DNA of 63,991 nucleotides, counting the filler, from Dugesia japonica (lineage: Eukaryota): assembly GCA_001938525.1 (NCBI GenBank). It is 6 parts of 6 records of this genome, joined end to end, with 100 filler letters (N's around TTAATTAATTAA, not from the genome) between each part and the next. Parts side by side here need not be neighbours in the genome. Positions count along the whole stretch, not along the records: positions 10,011 to 18,303 come from MQRL01504098.1; positions 18,404 to 32,092 come from MQRL01647462.1; 4 more parts are not named here. One strand, 5' to 3'. Below are positions 12,623-24,859 of the stretch, piece by piece. The first letter of the stretch is position 1, and every line of letters begins with the position of its first letter. Made by a program: the position numbers and the translations under genes. The notes under the pieces were generated by a model. It was given only the letters and a program-made list of their open reading frames with translations. It was not told where the DNA came from and searched no databases.

Positions 12623-13054
12623 TCATTGCTGAAGTCGTTTTTGTTTGGTTATTATCCGAGTTTTCTGATAACCTACAGGCGTATTTTCCCGATCGTGATT
12701 TTCCCGTATTGTTAGTGTCTTCAGATCTAGTATACATTCGGCGCATAGACGTGGTAAGAGATCTAATCTCAATAGGCAGTCGAAGGTTAATTTATTCATT
12801 ATCTGCAATTTATGCCATAGCCGAAGTCCGTCACTTTCTATTGCACATATTGCTTCCCCAACGGGTAAGATTTTTTCTCCAGAGGCCGTGATGATAACTC
12901 CTTTAGTATTTTTTATTCGGAGCAGTCGATAATTTTCTGATATTTCTTTGTGGACTAACGTCGTACTTGCTCCCGTATCGATAATGGTTATTACCCATCT
13001 TCCGTCTATTTTTATCCTTTTTTGTAATAGTTTCGATCTCTGAGAAATCATCAT
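12623..13054 (-). CDS. Aspartic protease 1 (complete retropepsin domain)
   Basis: IKIDGRWVITIIDTGASTT, flap ITASGE, C-terminal DCLLRLD (ILGxD-like). Confidence 0.85.
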   Translation of the reverse strand: MMISQRSKLLQKRIKIDGRWVITIIDTGASTTLVHKEISENYRLLRIKNTKGVIITASGEKILPVGEAICAIESDGLRLWHKLQIMNKLTFDCLLRLDLLPRLCAECILDLKTLTIRENHDRENTPVGYQKTRIITKQKRLQQ

Positions 13055-13210
13055 ACATACGGTCTGGGTTTCTTATTTGTCATCTTCAGTGATCTGGTTA
13101 TTCGGAGAATGCAAATTTTGATCCGTGGCTCTTCTGTCAATGGTTGCTAGATTATTCTCTGACAATAATGCCATATTAGAAGCTTGTGGTGGACTCATAT
13201 AAGGTGTGTT

Positions 13211-15370
13211 TTACATGGGACCTGGGGCCCATATCTGTTGTGGTTGTTGATTTATGGGTTGCCAACCATGTTGTGGATAGGCATTATAATACATTTGTGC
13301 TGGTGCTGGTGTATTTTCATTTCCTCCGAATTTTAATGCATTTCTTAGTCGTTGCATTTTACTGATTTTTTCGTATTGTTTTCTTTTAAATTCTGCTTCG
13401 TATTCCATGGCGGTCTTATAACTAGGTACATGTGGCGTTTCACTACTTTCTCCTCTATCGTCATCACTGCTACTACTACTTTCACTTTTGTTCTTAAACC
13501 TTTCTTTGAATTGGCTGAAATACGATATTTTCTTTTTAGCATTGCTCATTTCTTCACACAATAATCTAAGTTACATTATGACTTCCTTGTCCGATCCTGT
13601 TATTTGTCCAAGTTTCCGAATAAATCGTTTTACTCTGTCAATGTCTTTGGAGTGACTATTAAGCACCATGGTTTTGGCTAAGAANNNNNNNNNNNNNNNN
13701 NNNNNNNNNNNNNNNNNNNNNNNNNNNNNNNNNNTAAGCACCATGGTTTTGGCTAAGAATGGAAATATTCCGGTTACCATTTTCCAATTCACTTTCTTTT
13801 CCCTTTTATAAATGTCGAAACATGCAAACAATTGAGTAATCACTACTCGTGTTACTGAAATTATCAACATCACTCCCAGCAATCCTGCCATTGCTTGGCC
13901 AAATATTATAAATTTTTCCAACATTTTCCGCATGACGTTTTCCGTGGCTTTCTGGAAATGATCTGCTGACAAGAGTGCATCGTAATTTACTCGTCCGTCT
14001 ATGTTGGTTCCACTGGTTTGCTGCACTATATTCTATAGAATTTGCATCCTGCGGACTGGGAACAGCATATATTCCCTAGCTTTCTCTAGATCTTCCGTAC
14101 TGTAAATTCCTCCTTTATTTATATCAATTGGAGTGAATTGCATGCCTCCATTTAACCGTAACATGGAGAATTTTCGTGGTTCGAATCCTACTGCCATTTG
14201 TTGGGGGAATCTTATCCATGAACCATCTGTCATTATGTATTGTGGTCCAAATACATTAGAGCAATTTATGATATTTGGCTTATAACTCTGTGGTGATATT
14301 ATTCGAGTAATTGGTTGTACTTAACGCTTCTCATTGTTATTAATAATTTCTATTTCATTATAGCAATATTTTGGATTAGACAAAAACTCTGCATTTGTAT
14401 AGGTACATTACTTTGCCTACTACTCGACCAAATTGTCCGTTTTCCAGAGGAAGTAACGAGTGACACTATCTGGATTCGTAACCGCCATTGCTAACTTTGT
14501 TTTCAGTATTTCCTTATTCAATGTACAGTCATTTTCAATAAGATCGTGGTACATTCTTCCGATGGTATCCTGCATCTGATGGAATAAATTGTCCATTTTA
14601 TTATTAGCATATAGATGTAGTTTGATATCTTGTGACATTACTGCGGCTTGTGCGGTTTTTATCCGATGTTCTGATACGAATATTTCTTTATAATTTGTCT
14701 TATACACTATTTGCCCACATTTTGACATGGAATTTCCTTTAATTAAACGGATGGTTTCATCCTGTTCTGAGGACATTAACAACGTGGGAGTTGTGTGCCA
14801 TTGTTGATCGTATGATTTCGGACCTGTTCTTATCGTTTCCTTGAAATTACCTATCTTATCCTTTATATTACTCTCTTTTGTGGCTTGATCAATAGGTGCT
14901 ATAGCTCGTTGTCCTTGATATTCATTGCCTCTTTTAGATGAGCTAACTTGCAGTCCTGGTGATCTACTTTGTACGTCAGCGTTGATGTACCCGTATTACA
15001 TGATCCGTCTGCTGCTTTACAATACGATCTACCTTTCATAGTCAAATCCTGAGCATCAAAAAATGCTTCGTATTCTTTGAGCTCCACTGTATAAGTTTCA
15101 ATTGCTACCGCATATTGCCATACTTTTCCTCGTATAGTGTATGTACCATATTCACAGTTACCTTTATGTGAAGATATACTTCCTGCTGCTTCTATCGGTT
15201 GGTCGATTACATGCCCCTTTTTGGCGACAACTTGAGTCCCATGTTTGATGGTAATTTTACCAGTTGTAAATCCTTCGTCGCATTGTTGTCCCGTTAAATG
15301 TACGGGATGTCTTACCGTTCCTGGATCAATTATCGAGGTATATCCCCCATGCTGCTTTATTAACGGCACT
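13211..15370 (-). pseudogene. Chuvirus-like class III fusion glycoprotein (env), N-terminus missing
   Basis: Cys pattern QC...GNC...YC...GSC...DC; KCGQIVYKT; YANNK; YHDLIENDC; CYNEI; QPITRII; GIYSTEDL...MLFP; C-terminal TM region FIIFGQAMAGLLGVMLIISV. One frameshift near 14890 and several point stops. Confidence 0.8.
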
Positions 15371-15389
15371 ATTTTGTTCTGCATTAAAT

Positions 15390-16818
15390 CCACTATCGAT
15401 AATTTGCTGAGGATGAGGTTTTTTGACGGCTTGCTTCTAGCAATTGATGTGTTTGATTAATCAAATGAGCTATAGATACTGCTATTCTTCGCTTTGTTGG
15501 CTGATCCTGTAATAACTCGTCCATTACTCCTTATAAGTTGTCTCTTGTACCATGACTAGTACCTTTAGTGGCTGGAAATTTCTTAATGGCTGCTTCTATT
15601 TCCTTTGCCAGTGGTCTGATACTATCGGATAGTCGGAACTTACCAATCCATATCTTAAGTTCTGGATAAAGCATTAGCAATAATTGCCGTATTACTACTT
15701 CAGTTGGCATGTCATCATCCGTTGAATTCTCGTGGTATCTTTTCTCTGATACTGTTGCTAGTTGTTTAGTTTGGTGGTTTATTGATGTTGCTAATCATCT
15801 CTGTTTTAATGCTTCTTCCTCCTCTGGGTTTCCTGGAGATTTTGTTCTTGGTCTGCCTCTATTTCGAGATTCAGTAATGGTTTCTGCACCTACTCTGGTG
15901 GCACGGTTTTGGAAGCACTTATTCCTCTTCTGTCTCTATAGAATTTTCCATTTCTAAAGGGTGATTTGTATCCATTAAGTCGTCCATGACCGAAGATGGT
16001 AATTCTTTTGCTATTCTACTTAATATTGGCGATAATGGTTGTTCTTCTAATAAATCTTCCTCGTCTAAATCTACCATGCTAGGATCATATTTTTTGCTTC
16101 GTGTTGGCTCGTTGGCTTTTATTTCTTCACTTTTTCTAGTTGGAGGTGAGTATCTTGTGATTTTTAATTCATTCTCGTCGTCTGGTAATTCGTCTGCCGA
16201 TGAAGATCCGAATATCTCACGCTCCCAATCTTGGCTTGTTTTAGGGGTTTCTTTCGTTTTTCGGGAAGTTTCTGTTCTTCCCGACTGATTTGTTGTAGGT
16301 CTTAATATTTGGCTAGCCGCTAGTTGCGTACGATGTTTATAGGCTTTTAACATACTCGGCCTTTCTTCCATTATTGGTCTGGTTTTGTCTGCTGCCTTGT
16401 AAGGGTCTGCTTCTTTTCGAGTAAGAGTACCCCTTAATTCCGGAAAAATCCATAATGTATTGGGTTTAACCATATCTATTTTCATTAGCCAAATTGGGGT
16501 GGTATCTTCCACTATTCCATCTTCATCCAGGAGTTTTTATGGTGGCTTAAATGGTAACTTATCTCGTAAGTGCTTTATCGTATTATATACTGGTATCTTA
16601 ACCATAATTTTGTCTCCTTCTGAATCGATTATTCTCAATTTTATTTCTAATGGGGTAGTTTGTCCTATCTCCGCTTTCCGCCATTTAACCAAAATTTTAT
16701 TAAACTGAATCGGATCCCATACATGAGATACTTTGACGGCCATAATTAATCGTCGCAGTTTCCTAAGATCTTCTACTGCCAGTTCTTGCTGTAGGACTAT
16801 CATGCATTGAATTTTCAA
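15390..16818 (-). pseudogene. ORF1 of the env-bearing element, function unknown
   Basis: Same-frame ORFs 16537-16818 and 15919-16512, plus a shifted frame to ~15400. Long acidic low-complexity region; no recognisable capsid or zinc knuckle. Confidence 0.55.
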
Positions 16819-17609
16819 CAGATGACAGTGAATCCTTTACCGTTTTGCGGATCTGTGTCTAACCAAATATTGGCGTTGATGACTAACTGTTTTTATCTTT
16901 AAAAAAATGTTATACATTTGGAACAATGTATATTTGAGTCCAGATGTGAACGGTTAGAAGCATTGTTGCCAGAGATGCACATACTGTAATCGAGCTTAGT
17001 CAAGTTAAAACTAAACAAGCTGATCAATAAGTTCAATTATGAATGGATTCGATTTGATACTAACGGAACTTGATGGATTCGTTCCGTCGGACTGTACATA
17101 TCGAAGGAGGTAATTTTATGGTATGGAATTCAATCAAAACTGTTATGAAAATAATTTTTAATGATACTATTGATAATAATTTTACTTTGAATACAAATAA
17201 TATACTTTATTTCATTAATTATTTTAAGACGAAGAGTAATTTTACTTAAATATAAATATTAAGAATGATTTTTCTTGGAATAGTAATCGATTCTTCGGGT
17301 GAGCAGCTAATATTAATGGAACTGTGAGCAACAAATATCGAGAGCATTAAATGGTTTGATCAGGAATCATCTAATGTCGGAGCATCTAATTGTATGAGCC
17401 GAGTAGCATTCACTAGTTTGAGTCCTGGAACAACTACTAGTATAAACCATTGAACATCCGATAGTATGAAATTTGAGCAACCAATGTTAATGCCGGCTAG
17501 GGAACATTGAATTTTAATGTTAACATTGTCCGGGAATATTTAATACTAACATTGTCTGAAGAAATATTTTATGTTAATATTGTCTGTGAGAAAATCATAT
17601 TCGATAAAT

Positions 17610-17850
17610 TTTGTTTAATTTAAACAAACATACACTTTTCAATAACTTTTCTATGAATAAACTCAAAAATTATTAATTGTATTAAGTTTAAATAAATAAT
17701 TATTAATTTCGATTAATTTAAACGAAAAATCATTACTTTCGTTTAATTTAAACAAAAATTCAATATTTTCACTTAAATAAAATAAAATAAATTACTTTAC
17801 TTAATTTAAACAAAAAATCGTTAATTTTACTTCATTCAAACAAAAATAAT
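17610..17850. repeat. Degenerate AT-rich tandem repeat in the element leader
   Basis: Recurrent TTAATTTAAACAAAAA-like units about 28-30 bp apart. Confidence 0.55.
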
Positions 17851-18076
17851 TGTTATGTAATGATTACATAATCATTGCATAACCATCACATCATTATTAC
17901 ATAACCATGGATTTGTCATTACAAAATCAACGCACATACACAATTTAAACCAATAAAATTTCAGTATATTGGCATAAATTATCAAAGTTTATTTCCCATC
18001 GTTTGATAAACTTCTCTAGATCATCAATCTGCAAAATATTTTCGGCAACAATCTTTCTGTGATTGCATCAGTGTTT

Positions 18077-18089
18077 ACCACTGCCACCA
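18077..18089 (-). promoter_or_regulatory. Primer-binding site (tRNA-Leu)
   Basis: Minus strand reads ...AACA|TGGTGGCAGTGGT, complementary to a tRNA-Leu 3' end ACCACTGCCACCA, directly after an LTR-like CA end. Confidence 0.75.
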
Positions 18090-18303
18090 TGTTAGATGAC
18101 TTTTGAGAACTCATCAGATTATAAGCATCAAAATTCAATCCCATAAATTTATTAAAATAAAACTATAACAACACTAATTGTGTTTTAAACAAATTAAATT
18201 CTTGTTTTAAATTGGTGATTGTTTCCTATAATCTTTTAAAATCTATTTAAAGTCATTTGATTTTTTATTCAAATTTTAAAATAAATTTTCAATTTAAAAA
18301 AAA
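18090..18303 (-). repeat. 3' end of the 5' LTR (partial)
   Basis: Ends in AACA next to the PBS; truncated by the scaffold end. Confidence 0.6.
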
Positions 18304-18403
18304 NNNNNNNNNNNNNNNNNNNNNNNNNNNNNNNNNNNNNNNNNNNNTTAATTAATTAANNNNNNNNNNNNNNNNNNNNNNNNNNNNNNNNNNNNNNNNN
18401 NNN
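18304..18403. other. Synthetic scaffold linker
   Basis: N44-TTAATTAATTAA-N44. Confidence 0.97.
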
Positions 18404-20762
18404 TAGATTAGCTCAATTTCATCGGTTGTTATTTCTTCATAGATTCCGCTGTCATCTTTTATTACTGGTAGGTGGACTTTTGCCATATTTTTTCTTCCTA
18501 CGCTTTCATTCTCTCAAGCTCTCCTCGTTCTTTTTCGATTTCTTTTTGTTTCAAAGCTTTATATCTCTGCTGCCATTTTTGTTGAGGTAAACCCACGGGA
18601 TCCTCTTCACACCATTTTCTTATGTCCCACCGATCTTCTGAATCGTATTCAAGTTCCCCATTAATTGGTTCCTCGATTTCTTTCCTCTTCCACTTTTTAT
18701 CTGTCTTTTTTTGCCCTTTCTGTTGTAAATCTTTGTAAATTAGCCACCACTGTCGTGACAATCCTTCAGGATCTTCTTCGCCACTCTTGATAGTGTCTCT
18801 TCCGAGTCGTAATCGGTTATTCTGTCGCTCCATGTTATATCCAACCAATTTGATCTATCGTTCCGCGTTTTACTTAGATTTGCTTTATCTATTTGAATCG
18901 TTTTGATCCCGTCTGTCGTTGCTGGTTGTTTTTTAATTATAAGTTTTTCGTAATCGTTGTCACTTTCGTCGTCCTCAGATTTTATTTCTGTGCTTGTATT
19001 GCACCGATTCTGTGTTTGTCGCCTTTTATTTCTGTTTATTCGATTTTTTCTCTTTTGTCTTTTTGCTCTCTGTCTTTGCCTTGACTCATTATTACACTCT
19101 TTATGATCGCTTTTCTCTTTATTTCGCTTGATCTCTAATTTCTTTATTAGCTTCTGACATTCTATCTTTAATGTTTGTAAGAAAATTAGCAATCCGTCTC
19201 AATTCTCAACATCCATAAATGTCTTGATTGTTCCGATTTTCTGTTCGTCTTCCTGTGACGTGCTCAACTCTCTTTTCATTGTTTTCATATAATCTTCCGT
19301 TATTTTTGACAGCAGATTACCCCCTCCTTTTGGAAAATCGACGTCTTTGGTATTTGTAATTCAATTACCTCATCGTATACTTCGCATCTAAAACATACTT
19401 GGATTTAGACATTTTTCCTTGTCCATCTCAATCAATAAATTTAACTATTACTGTAGAATTGTATTTTTTTATATATATTATTTTGAGTGGCAGTTTTACT
19501 AAAATCAATGATTATCTAAAACTCATAAGAACACAGATTGATTACTCAGTAATCTTTTAATTCACCAACAGTTGTTGTCTCAAATCTTTAATCACTTTTG
19601 TTTGCATTGTTGTTACTAAATAATCGCCTATCGCTGGATAATTTTAACTTCAATATCTGCTCAAACTGATCCTTTTATTATTCCCTCTTTTATTAATTCC
19701 GGACAAGCGTTAATAGAGTTTCATTAATCTAATGTTCTATCGTTACCATATTTTGATAGTATTTGTTGTTTGAATCGTCGTCTGTTGCTACCGGTGTTTT
19801 GCTCAATTCACACATGCTAATATCAGTTAGACTCGTTGGTTGTTTCGGGCTCTTTTTACTGTTATTCAAAAATTTATTTGAAAATGATCTCATCATAAAT
19901 AGTCTTACTTGACTTGTACTAGTTTTGTTGTCTTCTATCTTTGTTTCTGAAATTTCGTCTTATTATTCTTTGAGTTTTTGATCTGTAATTAGCGGCACAA
20001 TATAACTCGTATAACATTCATACAGCGATTTCAAAATTTCCTCGGTTGCTCGAAAATCTAAGTGCGGCCATAATTTCTCTTTATCTTCCGTTATCAGTTT
20101 TGGCCACTCTAATTTCAATAAAGCTTTTAATAGATTTCTGACTTTGGTTCCTTTGATTTTCAAGACTCTTGGACGATGGTTATTTGTAATTTCTGCTTTT
20201 ATCGTCATTGGCTGCGGGTTTACTGGATTCCACATCTCTTCGCTTATTAGTACTAGCTTGATCAACTGGCTTGATTTGTAATTCAATTACCTCATCGTAT
20301 ACTTCGCATCTAAAACATCCTTCGATTTAGACATTTTTCTTTGTCCATCTCAATCAATAAATTTAACTATTACTGTAGAATTGTATTTTTTATATATATT
20401 ATTTTGACACAGATAAAATAATCATTAATTTTCGATACCTTTATTACTTCAGCTTTGTATTTCTCGATTAGCGGCTTTCACTTCTGTTTAGTCGTAGTAT
20501 CTACATGCCATGGTTCTGTTAGCTCCACTAAGTGGTTCATTGTCATCCAATAACGTCTTCTGTTTAATTTGTCTTTAAAATTCCGAGTTATTGAAAATAT
20601 TTTGTTGATAGCCTCTGTTGAGTCGTTCCCATCTTTGATCTGAGCTATTGGTTCCATGATGGTTCTTTTTATCTTTAGTAAGGCTTCTATTGTCTCGATT
20701 TCCTCTTTGATTGTATTATCTGCTTCCTCTTGAATCTCATATATCTCTTTAGTTGTCATCAT
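18404..20762 (-). pseudogene. Degenerate unknown ORF(s), probably TE-derived
   Basis: Several broken minus-strand ORFs with a purine-rich coding strand and internal peptide repeats. Confidence 0.4.
19356..20407. repeat. ~130-bp direct repeat, copies at ~19356-19486 and ~20278-20407
   Basis: Near-identical GTAATTCAATTACCTCATCGTATACTTCGCATC...ATTATTTTGA; not adjacent to a gap. Confidence 0.85.
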
Positions 20763-21404
20763 GTTTACTTATGTTATTAATCTTGGTTTGCTTTGGGGAA
20801 TTTTTATCTCTGATCTTGTCGTCATCTGCTTGATTTTTCTTTCAACGCATCACATTTCAATGTTAGTTATAGCTGATCTGCTTGGTGCCAGTTTAGCTGG
20901 TTCGAAATTGAGTTGTGTTACGAATTGCCCATCTCGTGTAGCAGTGGTCAGTGATTTTCGCACTTCAGCCGTAAGTAGGTAGATAGTGTGTTATTATTTG
21001 TATTATTATTATTATTGTATATTGTGCGGAAAAAGTAGATAAGAGAATTAATTATCAAATTTTTTGATAATTATTTGAAATTTTTCAGTTGGGGGTGTAT
21101 GACGTCATATTCTTTTGAAATCTTAATTTTGGTTTAAAATGTTATAATTTGCATAAATTGATGAATTTGATGAAAGTATTTTAATGTATTTGATGTATTT
21201 TTTGAGTATTTTTGACTGGGAAGTGTGTGTTTTCATATTTTTCGAAAAGAGAAGAGGAAGTCTTGTTATATTTTGGTGGAAAATTCAAAACTTTATTTTT
21301 GCCAGGGACATTAAAATTTTTTTTCGTAGACTTTATATATGTATGAGATGGAGCAGCCTTGATATTTAGTAAAGTGTAGTTTGTATATTTAGCATGGTAT
21401 ATTT

Positions 21405-21625
21405 CAAAAACATATTAGGTAGGTAATTTTCTATAAAAAAACATTACTAGTGACAATTTTTTATAAAAAATCTCATTACCGATGCAATTTTTAATAAAAA
21501 ATCTATTTAGCATTGCAATGTTTAATAAAAAATCTCATTAGCGATGCAATTTTCTATAAAAAAACATATATGTGGTGACAATTTTCTTTAAAATGATAGA
21601 AACATGATACTTTTTCATAAAAACA
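21405..21625. repeat. Degenerate ~31-bp tandem repeat
   Basis: About 6-7 units of ATTAGCGATGCAATTTTTxATAAAAAATCTC. Confidence 0.7.
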
Positions 21626-22007
21626 TGTTAGCTGGGAATTTGTCTATACAAAATGATAAAAACAGAATTTTTCAATAGCTAATAAGTCTATATAAAAAAA
21701 CTTGTAAGTAAATATTTTGATAACTATAGGATTAATGAGTATATTATTTGCATAGCTATCTTGTATTTTAGACCAAATTTTTGTCCAACAACAACCAAAT
21801 CTTAAAAACTTTAAAAAAATTTTTCCAAAATCTCCAGCTCCAACTCGAGTCCAAATTCCTTTTTTCACACACACACAAACTCAACTTGACCTACTTTTTA
21901 AAAACCGCCTTAAAAAAAATATGATCCGATCAAAAGTTCTTTGAAGCCAAAAATCTTAGAAAAAAAACAAACAAAAAAATCTTAGCACAGTCTAATGTGT
22001 TTCCGAG

Positions 22008-22045
22008 CCCCCTCCTTCCGGAGGAGGGGGTCCTCTCAAAAATTT
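22008..22045 (-). promoter_or_regulatory. Putative -1 ribosomal frameshift signal at the end of gag
   Basis: A AAT TTT TGA (slippery heptamer then stop), 8-nt spacer, then hairpin CCCCCTCCT-CCGGA-AGGAGGGGG. Confidence 0.65.
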
Positions 22046-23430
22046 GATTGTTTCTTGGCGCTACTATATATCTATTTTAGCTTACTAATTGTGGGCCCTA
22101 TTTTCCAAAATCGATTCTGTTACCACGACATCTTTTTCTGGGGTATTTTCACACATTTATGATTACTCCGAGTTTTCTTTTAAATACAAGGCTTTCTTTN
22201 NNNNNNNNNNNNNNNNNNNNNNNNNNNNNNNNNNNNNNNNNNNNNNNNNNNNNNNNNNNNNNNNNNNNNNNNNNNNNNNNNNNNGGTTCCTATTGGACAC
22301 CACAGTAATCATATAACCCTCTGTAACACTAGTGTCCCCTTCTCCGTTCATTTGTCGATAACGATTTTGATAGTACCTAGCTTGGATCTGCTTGTATTGG
22401 CTGTCCCGAAATCCATCCTGCACTTCTCGATATGTATAGCTTTGTTGCCTAACCATGTTGCGGGTTACTCGTTTACTCCAATTATTATCGGTTTAACCAT
22501 GTTTCAGGCTACCCCTTTCTCCACAATAATAATTCGTTTGTTTAATCATTTTTCAGGTTACTCCTCCTTGCTTCTGGTCAAATTCATTATATCTCATTTA
22601 TTTGTTCATTGTTATCTCCGTCTAATTAATCATTTATCCTCATACATCATTATACTCTTGATACTTCTCTGATTTATACATCATAACTCATCGTAATTCT
22701 TTATCATTATAATACTCTCGATACTTCTCTAATTAAAACTCAAATGAATTCTTTATCATATCCATATCATTTACTATTCCTTTAATTCTTTACCCCTTGA
22801 TACCTTTATCTTAATTATCATTCATTAACCTAGTCATGTTATCTCTTTTACCATCATTAATTCTCTTTTGTCATCAGTCTATTTCTACAATCATTATTCT
22901 CCATTCAATATTATTATCTTTTCGTTATTCTCTTTAATTTGTTGCTTCATTATCTCCTTTTAACTCAATTGATTAACTTCAGTTTCATCTCTCCACTCTT
23001 TCCATTTATTGTCGAATATCTTCCTAAAAAATCTCCTTAATTCGTTATTACATCTCCATTGATTATTATTAACTCTATAATATCCCGTTAATAAATCTCG
23101 CCTACTTGCTCTCTTTTTACATATTCAAATTCATCCATTTAATTTTGTTCAATTGTCATTTGAATCTTTGATTCCTTTCTCGTTACGTATGTGCTTCACC
23201 TCTTTAATGATCACGTGTGCCTCTATTGATTGTCTCCTTGTTTTGATTTAGTTTCTTTGATTTTCCTCCTTGTATTCTTTGCTGAGCATTTATCTGAATT
23301 TCCGCAATCATTATATCTTTATTATCGTTGATTTTTATTTGGATTTCTTGCATAACACTTGATTTTCTCTTTGATTTCATCATATTTCTTTGGATCTCAG
23401 AATCTGTCGCACCCACTTCTTAATTAGCAT
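22036..23430 (-). pseudogene. Highly degenerate gypsy gag
   Basis: Coiled-coil N-terminal part, capsid-like IFDNKWKEWRDETEVNQL, decayed knuckle-like VTRNMVRQQSYTYREV; ends at the frameshift signal. Confidence 0.45.
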
Positions 23431-24539
23431 TAAAATTACCTGTAATTTACTTTGTCTTGTTGATCTCCTGATGTTTTTTCATAATACTCTGTTGCAAGAG
23501 TTTTGAAATCAGTTCATGATTTTCTTGACTTCCAAGACACTTGCAACGGATTTATTCGAATTTGTCTCATTTACTCAATGTTCGTTCGATGTTCTAGATT
23601 TAAAGAGAAACAAAAATCAATTTGATATTACTCTGATTTTTTGGATCTCGACTCATTTCTTTGACGATTACTCGATTTTCTTCACGTCACGGAAAACACA
23701 AGTCAGTTTCGATTTCCTTGACCTTGCGCAGTTCATAACATGATTTACTCGATTTCCTTGTATTTACTGACGTTCATTGTCGTTCCACCTCAATAGTCGA
23801 TCCAAATTAGCTGTTGCCGACTACTTCGACCACTTTGACCTTTTCTCTCAAAAATTCATTTAACTCGAACTATTATCGGTTTCTGTATCATATTTTATTT
23901 TATTTATTTTATAAATTCATATTTATTCTGTTGAACAGTTGTGGTTGAATCTTTTCTAATCACACTAAGTAAAACAAGCACAGCATATAAAGAAAAGAGT
24001 CTATTAATTATAATTCTACATTACAATTCTTTTAACACAAATTATTTTAAATACTTATACAAAATAATTTCTACTTTTATTAACACATTTTACTCTGAAT
24101 TCATGATCTGTTTGAAATATTCATTATCTTCATCATATTGTTTCTAGTCGTCTTTCTTTTTGTTTCTCATTGATTTGCAATAAATTGATAAATAGAATCT
24201 TCGAATGAGCCCCAAAATTCCTGTTGGGTTACTGGGCTTTTTGATGTTGTTTGATTATTGTTTTTCTGATTTTGTTTTCGTTCTCTCCAATTTCTTTCTT
24301 CTCTTGATTATCATTTCTGTCTTGGAGATGATACCTAGTAACCACAGAAATTTGTGATGCATTCTCCTGCATCACGATCCGCCATTCCTGGATTCAGTGG
24401 AACAATGCTGTATTCCGTCTTATGTGTTCAATTTCTATTTTATCCGGTTCTCAACTATTTGATGTTATTTGTCGTCGTTAATTATTAATAAACTTTTCAT
24501 TTAAAACAATTTATAAAGAAAATTTATTTCAGTCACACT

Positions 24540-24859
24540 CTAATATGCATCTAAATTGATAATCTCTTTGATTCTTTCTTTCTCCATCTCCTTTTCCGAT
24601 TTTGAGACCTGTGTGAGTGTGCAGACCGTTGCTATCAGTACTCCTTCTCTATCTGCGTATGCTTTAATAATGTTGACCATCGCTCGACAGGACTGTGATA
24701 AGGTCAGATCTCTTTCTTTCAGCTTGGCATTTGTATTATGTAGAGATGAATTCTTCCGTTGTAGATCTCTTATTTGAGTCTGCAATTTCCGTTGGATAGT
24801 GCACCACTTTTTCCGAATATCAGACAGCGATGTGTCGGTCAGCTTCCTTGTATTTAACA
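24540..24859 (-). CDS. Terminal exon of a coiled-coil protein, homologous to 41860-42182
   Basis: Acceptor ttgcag|TG; IIKAYADREG...INLDAY*; AATAAA follows the stop. Confidence 0.55.

Larger units (their letters stand above)
10011..18303 (-). mobile_element. Gypsy-type LTR retroelement carrying a chuvirus-like glycoprotein upstream of pol
   Basis: Order on the minus strand: LTR end, PBS, leader, ORF1, glycoprotein, PR, PR, RT, RNase H, start of IN. Confidence 0.85.

Noticed and set aside
10645-16708. Plus-strand ORFs over the retroelement
   Set aside because: Antisense to recognisable minus-strand coding sequence and without motifs.
20878-20895. Possible PBS (AAAC-TGGCACCAAG on the minus strand)
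   Set aside because: Match to a tRNA 3' end is too short and imperfect.
21405-21625. CRISPR-like periodicity (also at 26331, 33650, 47295 and 48200)
   Set aside because: Head-to-tail degenerate units without unique spacers, no cas genes, and a eukaryotic context.
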